Shown piece by piece: positions 45,543 to 54,476 of a DNA stretch of 64,000 nucleotides (its first letter is position 1; every line of letters begins with the position of its first letter). The notes beneath the pieces were generated by a model that saw nothing but the letters and a program-made list of their open reading frames with translations, did no database searches and had not been told where the DNA came from. Origin of the DNA: a virus; IMG/VR virus record IMGVR_UViG_3300036831_000067, positions 8,082-72,081 of that record; one strand, written 5' to 3'. Made by a program: the position numbers and the translations under genes.

Positions 45543-48001
45543 CTACCGGCGGCGAGGACTTCGTCAGTGCCCGGCTGAATTTCGAGGTGCCCGTCGAGGG
45601 CATCCAGAGCATGCGCGAGATCAACCAGGAACTGGACCGCTTCCGCACCAACACCGAGGCGGCCGCGCGCGGCGCCGAGTCCTTCTCTCGCTACATCCAT
45701 TTGATGAGCGAGGCCCAGGAGCGCGCGATCCAGATGAGCCGCAACCTGACGACCCAGATGGAGCGCATGCTGGCTGTCCAGGAGCGCATGGGTGGCACGC
45801 CCGGGGGAACCGCCGTCCCGCAGGGCCATACCCAGCCCTGGGAGGGGGTCACCACCGGCATGGGAGGCGCCGATCGCCTTCCCGTCGGTGCCACCGGGGG
45901 CCATGTCCCGGCGATGCTGGAGAGCCTGGCGGCCAACGATCCCCGGGCCTACGTCAATGCCCGGGCGGCCTGGGGCGGCCAGCGCCCCGGTGACGTACCA
46001 ACGGTGTCGATCTCCGAGGACACTCTCGACAAGCTCGCCTCGCGTCTGTCCGCGCGTGACAAGCAACAGGCCCACGAGGAGGGCAAGCACCCTCAGACTC
46101 CGCACGCTCCCCGCACCACCAAGACCGGTGCCCCGCCCTGGGAGAGCTGGCATAACCGCGTCTCGGGCTGGACCCAGACAGCCGGATCGATGATGGGTGC
46201 GCTCGGCCCCGGAGGCAGCACCACAGGACTGCTCAGTATGGGCGCGCGCGCGCTGCAGGGCTGGGGAACTCGACTGGCCCAGGATGACCCGTCGGTGCCC
46301 AGCGGACCTGGCGGCACCGCACCGGGTGGTCGAGGGGGAGCGGTGCCCTCGGCAGTTCCCGGTGCCCCGGGAGCACCGGGTCTTCCCGGTGGTGAAGAGC
46401 AACCCGAGCAGGCCGGTGGCAGCGGTGGCCTGGGTTTCGGGTCGGCCATGGGGATAGGTGGCGCGGCCCTGGGTATCGGTCTGGCCGGGCTGGGGCTGTT
46501 CGAGAAGGGCGGCCAGCAGGTCCAGCAGTACCGATCCCTGGGCCAGATCCGGGGTGGGGGCTTCGCCCAAGGCTTCGGGTATGAGATGCAGGCCCGGATG
46601 ATGGCGCTGAATCCGTTCATCACCAATGAGCAGTCCCGTCAGATCATCCAGAGTGCGCTCACCCAGGGTTACACCGGCAAGGAATTCGACACAGTAACTG
46701 GCTTCATGTCGAGCAATCTCAAGGACATGAACCTCTCCGTGGCGGACTCAACCAAGATACTGCAGCAGGGGGTCAAGGGCAGCAACGAATCCATCCAGGA
46801 CCTGACCAAGAATTTGCACGACAATTTGGCCGCGCAGAAAGACTTGTCGAAGACCGGCTACGAAACACTGCCCGCGCGCCAGCAGGAAATGATGCAGACC
46901 TACGGCGGCATGGTAGGGGCCGGGGTTCCTGCAGGACCGGCGGCGACGCTGGGCACGATGGCGGGCCAGTGGTTTGCCAATCAGCCCGGAATGCAGGGAA
47001 TGGGTGGGCAATTAGGCGGGGCTGTCAGCGGGTCCTTGAATTTCCAGCAGATGATGCGCGAGTACGGCGGCCCCGGCGGAACCCGGATGACCAATATCCC
47101 GGGCTTCAACCCGCAGGATCCCGGGTCCTTCATGGAGGCACTGGGCAAGGATCCCGAGCGGGCCCAGGAAGCGATATGGAATACCATGAAGCGTTTGGCG
47201 CAGATGTCCAAGGGCAACATCTTCGTGTTCCAGGGCCTGTTGCAATCCACGTTGGGTCTCAGTCTCAATCGTCAGGACGCCGAAGCCTATTACAAGCAGG
47301 CCATGGCCGTGGGCTCAGGAAGCGATGATGATCCGATAGCCCAGGGGAAGAAGGCCGCGAAGGACGTAGAGGACCAGGCCAACAAGGGTGCTCCTAAGCC
47401 CGGTATGGGTCAACTGTTCGGGCGCGGGGGAATGGGGGCGCTGGGTTTCCTTGCCGGTGGCCTGGGCGGTCTGGGAGCCTTGGGTGCTTTGGGCCTGGGC
47501 GGTTTCGGTCTCGGCCAGACGCTCTCGGGTCTCTTCAGCGGGGGACAGCATCAGAACATCACGACAGATGAGATCTCCAAGAGGGTCGCCGGTCTCTACG
47601 GTAGTGATGCCGAGGTGGGCAGTGGGGAAACCTGGCACGCCTTCAACCCGAACGACAAGCAGCAACTCCAGGATCTGCAGAGCGGCAAGCTGCATGTCCG
47701 GCGCCAGGGCGAGAGCGGTCCCGGTATGACGGTGGACAAGCTGCCGTCGGCGCCCCAGGGAGACACCACGACCGGTACCGGGGCGAACCGAGGGGCTACA
47801 CGTACACATTCGTCCGCCCTCAGTGGCCAGTTGCACATCGTCGTCAAACCCGAGAGCATGCGCAGCGTTCTGGGAGTACCGGCCTACGTGCCGATCTCGG
47901 CCAACGAGCAGCAGGCCAACGCGGGCTACGGGACCGCCACCAAAAACAACTCCCCGCCCGGGGACACCATCACCTCGCGCGGCGCCCGGGGAGCGTTCTG
48001 A
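45539..48001 (+). CDS. Tape measure protein
   Basis: Follows the chaperone pair; Gly/Ala/Gln-rich, helical, with hydrophobic Gly-rich segments. Confidence 0.8.
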   Translation: MTTGGEDFVSARLNFEVPVEGIQSMREINQELDRFRTNTEAAARGAESFSRYIHLMSEAQERAIQMSRNLTTQMERMLAVQERMGGTPGGTAVPQGHTQPWEGVTTGMGGADRLPVGATGGHVPAMLESLAANDPRAYVNARAAWGGQRPGDVPTVSISEDTLDKLASRLSARDKQQAHEEGKHPQTPHAPRTTKTGAPPWESWHNRVSGWTQTAGSMMGALGPGGSTTGLLSMGARALQGWGTRLAQDDPSVPSGPGGTAPGGRGGAVPSAVPGAPGAPGLPGGEEQPEQAGGSGGLGFGSAMGIGGAALGIGLAGLGLFEKGGQQVQQYRSLGQIRGGGFAQGFGYEMQARMMALNPFITNEQSRQIIQSALTQGYTGKEFDTVTGFMSSNLKDMNLSVADSTKILQQGVKGSNESIQDLTKNLHDNLAAQKDLSKTGYETLPARQQEMMQTYGGMVGAGVPAGPAATLGTMAGQWFANQPGMQGMGGQLGGAVSGSLNFQQMMREYGGPGGTRMTNIPGFNPQDPGSFMEALGKDPERAQEAIWNTMKRLAQMSKGNIFVFQGLLQSTLGLSLNRQDAEAYYKQAMAVGSGSDDDPIAQGKKAAKDVEDQANKGAPKPGMGQLFGRGGMGALGFLAGGLGGLGALGALGLGGFGLGQTLSGLFSGGQHQNITTDEISKRVAGLYGSDAEVGSGETWHAFNPNDKQQLQDLQSGKLHVRRQGESGPGMTVDKLPSAPQGDTTTGTGANRGATRTHSSALSGQLHIVVKPESMRSVLGVPAYVPISANEQQANAGYGTATKNNSPPGDTITSRGARGAF

Positions 48002-48918
48002 TGCCGCTGCCCACATTCGTCGGATCAGGTGGTACCGGTACACCTTCCAGTGGTGCCCCGCCCCCGATCGTGCCGAACTTCCCCTACATGCCGGTGGCCG
48101 CACCCTTCGGCTATTCGGGTACAGAGTTCGCCTCTCCGCAGCGCGGGATCGCCTCCCTGACGTTCTCCGGACGCACCTGGCGGTTCCGGACCAACCCCAA
48201 CACCATCACCTGGTCCTACTCCCTGGTCACCAACACTGACCAAACCTACGGGGGCAGGGTCATCCAGATCCTGGCCACCAAGATCGATGACCTGATCGTG
48301 CGGGTGGAGTGTGGTAACGGTGGCTGGGCCTACAACGAGGCGCTGGTCCTGTTCATCCGGGATCTGCTGGTGTCCCAGCGCAATCCGATGGCTCCTCCGG
48401 CGACGTTCGAGTACACCACCCGCAACTGGAAGTTCAACGTCTACGGGTTGAGCATTCCGTTCCAGGACCAGGTCACCGCCACGGTGCGTGAGCTGGAGCT
48501 GCACTTCAAGGTCCAGGAGGACGTCTCCGGAGTGGTCTCGGGTGCGATCCTGGACGCCACCCTGGCGCAGATGCAGGACGGCATCGGCTTCACCCGCAAC
48601 CAGTACAACAGCGTCAATGCACCGTTCAGTTGGAACGGCCAGACCTCCTCGGGAACTCCGCCCCCGGCGGCGGCGCCTCTGCCCGCACCCAAACCGACCG
48701 ACCCGGCCATTACCGGGCCAACGACCACCATTCCGACACCGCCGACAACACCCGCCGTCCCCAATCCCGCGACGAACCCCAGCGCTGGCCAGACATTCCA
48801 GCCCGGCGTGGGTGGCCACGGGCTTCCGGCACTGCCGCCCGGGGCCAGCTGGGTCGAGAACCCCGACGGCACTTACACCATGGTGAACGTGCCTACAGGT
48901 ACAGGACCTTTCATCTAA
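48001..48918 (+). CDS. Baseplate / tube-initiator-type minor tail protein
   Basis: Follows tape measure; 'FRTNPNTITWSY'; Pro-rich C-terminus. Confidence 0.65.
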   Translation: MPLPTFVGSGGTGTPSSGAPPPIVPNFPYMPVAAPFGYSGTEFASPQRGIASLTFSGRTWRFRTNPNTITWSYSLVTNTDQTYGGRVIQILATKIDDLIVRVECGNGGWAYNEALVLFIRDLLVSQRNPMAPPATFEYTTRNWKFNVYGLSIPFQDQVTATVRELELHFKVQEDVSGVVSGAILDATLAQMQDGIGFTRNQYNSVNAPFSWNGQTSSGTPPPAAAPLPAPKPTDPAITGPTTTIPTPPTTPAVPNPATNPSAGQTFQPGVGGHGLPALPPGASWVENPDGTYTMVNVPTGTGPFI

Positions 48919-48937
48919 GAACGAAGGAGACGGTGTC

Positions 48938-49111
48938 TTGAGTGGATACGTCAGTAATGTCCCGATCTCGCGCCCTGTGGTGCTGCCCAATTTCCCGCCC
49001 GACGTCGACCTCAACGGTATCGGGTTCAACTACAACATCGGATTGCTGTACCAGGTGTTCTCTGACCCGCCGTTGATCCGGCTCCCCGCACCCCAACCGC
49101 AGCAGCCATGA
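48938..49111 (+). CDS. 57-aa protein not in the ORF track
   Basis: AAGGAG RBS, TTG start (MSGYVSNVPISRPVVLPNFPP...); TGA overlaps ATG 49108. Confidence 0.6.
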   Translation: MSGYVSNVPISRPVVLPNFPPDVDLNGIGFNYNIGLLYQVFSDPPLIRLPAPQPQQP

Positions 49112-49677
49112 GCCAGCTCTACGTCCGCACCACCTACGCCGGGCAATTCGCTCTGAACGTGCTCAACTTCCAGTCGCCGCTGTTCGGGACGATGATGAGC
49201 GCCCAGACCAAGAGGATGGCGGTGTACTTCCCGATCAAGGCCCAGCAGCCTGAGATCGAGTTCGAGGTCATCTTCGCCAGCGTCGGCGATTACCAGGCCT
49301 TCCAGGACTTCGTGCGCACCACTCAGCTCAACGCCCTGTCCAACGACACCGAGCCCGGAGTCACCTTGTGGTGGCCGCAGCGCAACATCCTGAACTGGTC
49401 GGGGACCATCCGTCAGTTCGCCGGTGGCGGCCAGCGGTTTGTTTATGCCCCCCGTGCCCGGTTCGTCGTTGACCTGGTGGACTCGCTGACGTCTCAGCGC
49501 ACCACTGTCTCCTCGACGGCCCCCATCTTCGACACCGTCTTCGGGTTGGGCAGCCCCGAGGGGGAGATGCAGTTGCCCAACACGTCGGGAGACACCGGGG
49601 GCGCCCCTGGGCTCGTGACGCCACCACCGTCCCCGGCATTACCCGGGCTGGGGCAATCGGCAGGAATACCGGTATGA
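49108..49677 (+). CDS. Minor tail / baseplate protein
   Basis: ATGA coupling on both sides within the baseplate operon. Confidence 0.7.
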   Translation: MSQLYVRTTYAGQFALNVLNFQSPLFGTMMSAQTKRMAVYFPIKAQQPEIEFEVIFASVGDYQAFQDFVRTTQLNALSNDTEPGVTLWWPQRNILNWSGTIRQFAGGGQRFVYAPRARFVVDLVDSLTSQRTTVSSTAPIFDTVFGLGSPEGEMQLPNTSGDTGGAPGLVTPPPSPALPGLGQSAGIPV

Positions 49678-52600
49678 CAGTCACTCCCGGCAGCCCGGGC
49701 AACGATCCCGGCATCGTCGGCAATGTGGGTACGCCCCCCACGGCAACCAATCCGTTCGGCAACAGCTTCGTCCAGACCCCGGTCAACGGAACGCCGGGCA
49801 GTTCGTCAGGGGCCCATCCCGCGCCGCCGTTCTATGTACCGCCGGGTCAGCAGACCCAGATCGGCAACACCACCCCGCCGCCCGAACGCACGTTGGTCTA
49901 TTCGCCGGATGTTCGTATTCTCGTCGCTCACAACGGTCAGCAGATCGACGTCAGCAACGATCTCGTCCGGGGCACCCTGATTCGCAAGGAGAATGCCGCC
50001 TCGACGCTGCTGTGGACCTGTCACAACAAGGGCCTGCGCTACACCAACGGGGGGCTCGGGAACCAGCCCCTGCTTTCCCGGATGGACCGGGTGACCTGCT
50101 ACATGAAGCGGGCGGGCAATTGGGTCCAGACCTTCTCCGGGTACCTGGACAGCATCCCCTACCTGCAGCTCTACCCCGGACTGGTGGACTTCAAGGCCAC
50201 CTGCACGCTCAAGCGATTGTTGTGCAGCTGGTGGAATCCCGGCCTTCCTGAGTCGGCATCTCTGCTGAACCAGTACGCCAACGAAACGCAGGAAACAGCC
50301 GGGGACGGGCAAGTGACCCTCGACGTTGGCATGGGTTCCATGCTGCGCGACATCCTGATCAAGGTGGGCGGGTGGGCACCCCAGAATGTCCACATCCAGA
50401 ACTTCCCGCAGGGTTTCCTGGATCTGCTGGATGCCCAGGAGAAGCAGCAGCCCGCCAACAACCAGCAGGCCACCAACTTCCGCCAGATGCTCGAGGGCAA
50501 CGTCAGCACCCCGGCGCCCGGGCAGATGGCCGGATACAACTCCTCGGCCGGACCTCCCGGGCCCGCCGGTTCACCCGGTCTTGCCGGTGCGGGTCCCGTC
50601 GGGTCGGGGACGATGTTCTATGTCGGTGAGATCATCGCGGCCACCGACCTCGCGGGTATGGGTCCCAATGTCCAGGACCAGAACCTGGCGCGCGGCCTGC
50701 AAACTGTGTCCACGACCGGCGAGGGATCCCGCGACAATGCCACCAAGGAGGCCTTTCAGCAGACCCAGAACGTGGCGACTTACTATGCCGCGTCGACCCG
50801 TAACACCGACGCCGCCATTATCGCGACGGCGACCGCGATGTGGGAAAGCACCAATGGACCCGCGATCAGGAATTTGTATAACCCGGCCCGGCCCGATTCG
50901 CAGCAATACAAGAATGACGGGCCGGGATATGACACCCGTGCGTGCGGGATTTTTCAGCAGGAAGACAATGGTGCGTGGGGCACCACCGCCGAGCAGATGA
51001 ATCCCCGTCAGGCGGCCTCCATGTTTCTCGCGGCGCTCAACAAATTCGACTGGAAGAATATGGACCCCGGGGTGGTGGCCTATGACGTGCAGCAGGCCCT
51101 GAACCCCTCCACGTACTCGGCCGGGGTCGACGGTCTCATCCCCGCCGCGACCACGGCGGTCCAGACCCTCCGCAAGACCCAGGCGGGGGCGACCAGCTCC
51201 GTGGTGCCCGCCGTGTCGAATCCCTTGAGTAATGTGGCGTCCTCGACGGCCCCCGCCTTGGGCATAGGGGGCACCGGCGCGACCAATACCCCGGGGGCCA
51301 CACCGGTTGTGCCCGTTTCCACCGGGAGCTTGGTCGGCAAGCCCAACCCCGATTCGGAGGGGGCGATCAACTGGGCGATCACCCAGCTCGGGAAGCCCTA
51401 TCACTACGGTGCCGCCGGACCTGATTCCTGGGACTGCTCGTCTCTTCTTCAGGGTGCCTTCAGGTCTATCGGCCGGGAGATTGGCCGTGACACTTGGCAC
51501 CAGCAGACCTCCGGCATCCCCATTTCCCCGTCCGCGATCAAACGTGGGGACGCACTGCAGTGTGAGGGCGGTGACCACACCATGCTGTGGCTGGGGGACG
51601 GCACCATCATCGAGGCCTCCACCGACGGAGTTCCGGTGCACCGGGTCAATGCCTATGTGCAGCCCGCGCAGGCCTTCGGGATCTACCGTTACGCCGACAA
51701 CGGTGGTCCCGATCCCAGTGCCCCGTTCGATCACACCGCTTCACCCGGGCCCGGTAATCCTCCCTATACGGGGTATTCCACCACGACGGGTGCGGCGGCC
51801 GGAGCAACTCAGGAGGGCATCGCCCAAAACCTTTTCGCCTACATCTTCGACCCGTCGCGATTCTTGACCTACACGTCGCAGATGTACGCGTCGGTCCCCG
51901 AAAAGGATTTCATCGACGCGCAGCCCCTCATCCAAATGGTGCAGTCGATATCCGGTGCGTGTCTGCGAAATTTCGCCAGCGCACCCAACGGTGATTTCAT
52001 CGCTTACTACCCCGATTTTTTCGGGATGGACGGAAAGCCCGCCGTCTTCACCCTGGAGGACATCGAACTCAAAGACCTGACGATGAACTTCAGCGACGAC
52101 GCGTTGGCCACCCACGTTTATGTCAATGCCGCCGACACCCCGCAGGGTCTGGAGAACCAGACCATGGGGTGGCTGAAGAGCCTGGGCTACGCCACGGTGG
52201 AGAACACGCTGCTTTATCAGCGGATGCGCCTGGTGGCTCCCGGTGACTTGGAGAACATGAGCGGCCAAGACCTGATGAAGCGCTTTGGGGTGCGCCCGCT
52301 GCAGGTCACCTACGGGACGGTCATGGCCGGTGGCGGGCTGGACTTTCTGATGGCGGTGCGCATCTTCATGACCAAGTGGGCCGAGCAGTACCAAAGCTCG
52401 ATCGCCATGACGTTCATGCCGGACCTGTTCCCCAGCATGCGGGTGCAGCTGTCCGGGCATAACATCCAGTTCTACGTCAGCGAGGTCACCCATCACTTCG
52501 ACTTCGAGCAGGGGTTCACCACTTCGGTGGTCGCAACTGCGCCGAGCAACCCCAATGTGCGCAACCTGTGGCCCACCAGCAATTCTCAGGTGCCCCCCGT

Positions 52601-52703
52601 TCAAGGAGGGCTGGGCTCCATAGTGAACGCCGCTGCCGATGCCCTGACCGCAGGGCTGGCCGCCGCCGTGTCTTTGGCCTCCGACATCGCGGCCCCGGGA
52701 TGA
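49674..52703 (+). CDS. Baseplate hub with lysozyme-like and NlpC/P60 peptidoglycan hydrolase domains
   Basis: ATAMWES...GIFQQ...WG (lytic transglycosylase-like); LGKPYHYGAAGPDSWDCSSL...RGD...HT (NlpC/P60 Cys-His); hub-like N- and C-termini. Confidence 0.85.
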   Translation: MTVTPGSPGNDPGIVGNVGTPPTATNPFGNSFVQTPVNGTPGSSSGAHPAPPFYVPPGQQTQIGNTTPPPERTLVYSPDVRILVAHNGQQIDVSNDLVRGTLIRKENAASTLLWTCHNKGLRYTNGGLGNQPLLSRMDRVTCYMKRAGNWVQTFSGYLDSIPYLQLYPGLVDFKATCTLKRLLCSWWNPGLPESASLLNQYANETQETAGDGQVTLDVGMGSMLRDILIKVGGWAPQNVHIQNFPQGFLDLLDAQEKQQPANNQQATNFRQMLEGNVSTPAPGQMAGYNSSAGPPGPAGSPGLAGAGPVGSGTMFYVGEIIAATDLAGMGPNVQDQNLARGLQTVSTTGEGSRDNATKEAFQQTQNVATYYAASTRNTDAAIIATATAMWESTNGPAIRNLYNPARPDSQQYKNDGPGYDTRACGIFQQEDNGAWGTTAEQMNPRQAASMFLAALNKFDWKNMDPGVVAYDVQQALNPSTYSAGVDGLIPAATTAVQTLRKTQAGATSSVVPAVSNPLSNVASSTAPALGIGGTGATNTPGATPVVPVSTGSLVGKPNPDSEGAINWAITQLGKPYHYGAAGPDSWDCSSLLQGAFRSIGREIGRDTWHQQTSGIPISPSAIKRGDALQCEGGDHTMLWLGDGTIIEASTDGVPVHRVNAYVQPAQAFGIYRYADNGGPDPSAPFDHTASPGPGNPPYTGYSTTTGAAAGATQEGIAQNLFAYIFDPSRFLTYTSQMYASVPEKDFIDAQPLIQMVQSISGACLRNFASAPNGDFIAYYPDFFGMDGKPAVFTLEDIELKDLTMNFSDDALATHVYVNAADTPQGLENQTMGWLKSLGYATVENTLLYQRMRLVAPGDLENMSGQDLMKRFGVRPLQVTYGTVMAGGGLDFLMAVRIFMTKWAEQYQSSIAMTFMPDLFPSMRVQLSGHNIQFYVSEVTHHFDFEQGFTTSVVATAPSNPNVRNLWPTSNSQVPPVQGGLGSIVNAAADALTAGLAAAVSLASDIAAPG

Positions 52704-53191
52704 CCAATCCCGGATATTCCCGCGTGCAGCCCACCGCGAACCGGATCCAGCCGGTGGGCATCGTAGCCGTCGACCCGGCCAGTAACACCGCCACGGCGAT
52801 GACCCTTCAGCGCTCACAGCTCTCGGTGGACCTGCGCTGGCATGTGGGCTCGGTGCAGGTCACCCCCTCGGTCGGGGAGCAGTGGCTCATCCGCTACCTG
52901 GTTACCCCGATCGGTTCCTACTGGGTACTGGACTCCAAGATCCCGTTCGGCACCGCCGAAACCCTCACCCCGGTCACCGAGGGTCAACAGCAGATCGGTA
53001 ACGGCCGGGGGCCGATCCAGCTGCTCGGTACCCAGATCAACGTCAACGGCCCGCTGGGGGTCCAGGCGGTGACCACGGCCGAGCGGCCCACCGGCGCCCC
53101 GGCCGGAACTCATCTCTTCGACACCACCCTCAACAAGCCGATCTGGTCCACGGGCACCGGGTGGGTGGATGGGTCAGGGACTGCCGTATAG
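52700..53191 (+). CDS. Baseplate spike-like protein
   Basis: OB-fold-like 'PSVGEQWLI'; C-terminal 'RPT...G..FDTTLNKPIW' fibre motif. Confidence 0.6.
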   Translation: MTNPGYSRVQPTANRIQPVGIVAVDPASNTATAMTLQRSQLSVDLRWHVGSVQVTPSVGEQWLIRYLVTPIGSYWVLDSKIPFGTAETLTPVTEGQQQIGNGRGPIQLLGTQINVNGPLGVQAVTTAERPTGAPAGTHLFDTTLNKPIWSTGTGWVDGSGTAV

Positions 53192-53193
53192 AC

Positions 53194-53225
53194 CTGTAGC
53201 GGTCCAATTTTCCGACCATAAAGGG
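53194..53225 (+). promoter_or_regulatory. Candidate phage late-promoter motif
   Basis: CCTGT-N22-AAAGGG. Confidence 0.6.
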
Positions 53226-53242
53226 AGAGAGGAGACGTTGCG

Positions 53243-53689
53243 GTGACCTTCAGCCTCGCTTTGAAGAATGGCGATCTCGTTTTATCCGGGTCCAATTTGG
53301 CGATCGTCTCGGGATCGGACAAATTACAGCAGGACATGACGTGCTGGCTCGAAGAGCGTCTCGGCGTCGACCGTTTTCATCCCCGCTACGGGTCGATTCT
53401 GCCGAACTTCATCGGTGGAATCGTCAACTTGTCCACCCAGGCGGCCGTGCAGGGTGAGGTGGACCGGGTGCTGGGCAACTATCAGGCCGTGCAGCAGCAG
53501 GCCTTCAAGAACAACCCGCAGCTGTTCAGCCTCGTCGAATTGCTCAGCGGTCTGACCGGGATCGACGTCGGGATCAATTACGACACCGTGAGTGTGGCCG
53601 TTTCGGTGACCACCGGCACCAACTCGTTCGTCTCCATTATCTCCTCGACAAGCACCACCGGGTCGAGCACATCCACATCGAATAGTTAA
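53243..53689 (+). CDS. Baseplate wedge protein (gp25/gpW-like)
   Basis: 'GDL...G.DKLQQD...G.DRFHPRYGS.L'. Confidence 0.8.
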   Translation: MTFSLALKNGDLVLSGSNLAIVSGSDKLQQDMTCWLEERLGVDRFHPRYGSILPNFIGGIVNLSTQAAVQGEVDRVLGNYQAVQQQAFKNNPQLFSLVELLSGLTGIDVGINYDTVSVAVSVTTGTNSFVSIISSTSTTGSSTSTSNS

Positions 53690-53705
53690 CAGAGGGTCGG
53701 CACAA

Positions 53706-54476
53706 GTGGCTATGCCGGTGGGGTTCAAACACAGTGCAGAGACGCGCGTCCGCATGTCGGCTGCTCACAAGGGGAGGGTCAAGACCCCTGAGCATCAGGC
53801 CAAAATCACGGCAACGCTGCGGGCGCTTCCTCCTCGTGGTTTGGAACACCGACGTAAGTTGTCCGAGGTTGGCAGAGGGAGGCGTCACTCGCCCGAAACC
53901 AGGGCCAAGATGTCGGCGACGCACAAGATCCTCGTCAAGACACCCGAACATTGTGCCAACATCTCGAAGGCCAAAAGGGGTGTCCCCCAGCGTGTTCCTC
54001 AATCGGCCGAGCAACGAGAGAAAAATCGATTGGCTCAGTTGGGGAACAAGAGAGCCAGGGGATACAAGAACACCCCAGAGGCTTGTGCTCGCACCAGTGA
54101 GCGCATGAAGAAGATGTGGGCCGAGGGAAAATTTGAGGGGGAGTCACGTCCTTATTGGGGTAAATCTGCTGGTATCCATGCTGGAGTGGAGATGAGATGT
54201 CTTAATTCCGAAGGTGTTTTTGCTCAGGATTGTGAAGCTAATGGAATCGCTTGGCTCTATGAACCTCGGCGCTTCAAGTTGTCCTGGTGTTGCTATACCC
54301 CAGACTTCTATCTTCCTGAGTTCGACATCTGGATAGAGGTTAAGGGCCGTCCCGGGCAACCAGGAAACTGGACTAGGAAAATCGAAACATTTAGGGCTGA
54401 GACAGGCAAGACGTTGATTTTAGTGTTCCAGAACGAATTGTCGTCAGCTAAGTATGTAGGTGATCAAAATTTCTAG
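53706..54476 (+). CDS. Free-standing homing endonuclease: NUMOD3 repeats plus PD-(D/E)xK nuclease
   Basis: HSAETRVRMS and HSPETRAKMS repeats; WLYEP...YTPDFYLP..DIWIEVKG; low GC. Confidence 0.85.
   Translation: MAMPVGFKHSAETRVRMSAAHKGRVKTPEHQAKITATLRALPPRGLEHRRKLSEVGRGRRHSPETRAKMSATHKILVKTPEHCANISKAKRGVPQRVPQSAEQREKNRLAQLGNKRARGYKNTPEACARTSERMKKMWAEGKFEGESRPYWGKSAGIHAGVEMRCLNSEGVFAQDCEANGIAWLYEPRRFKLSWCCYTPDFYLPEFDIWIEVKGRPGQPGNWTRKIETFRAETGKTLILVFQNELSSAKYVGDQNF

Noticed and set aside
53706-54476. Group I intron interrupting baseplate J
   Set aside because: The endonuclease ORF fills the whole insert, leaving no evident ribozyme core, and a plausible replacement start exists at 54460. RT-PCR would settle it.
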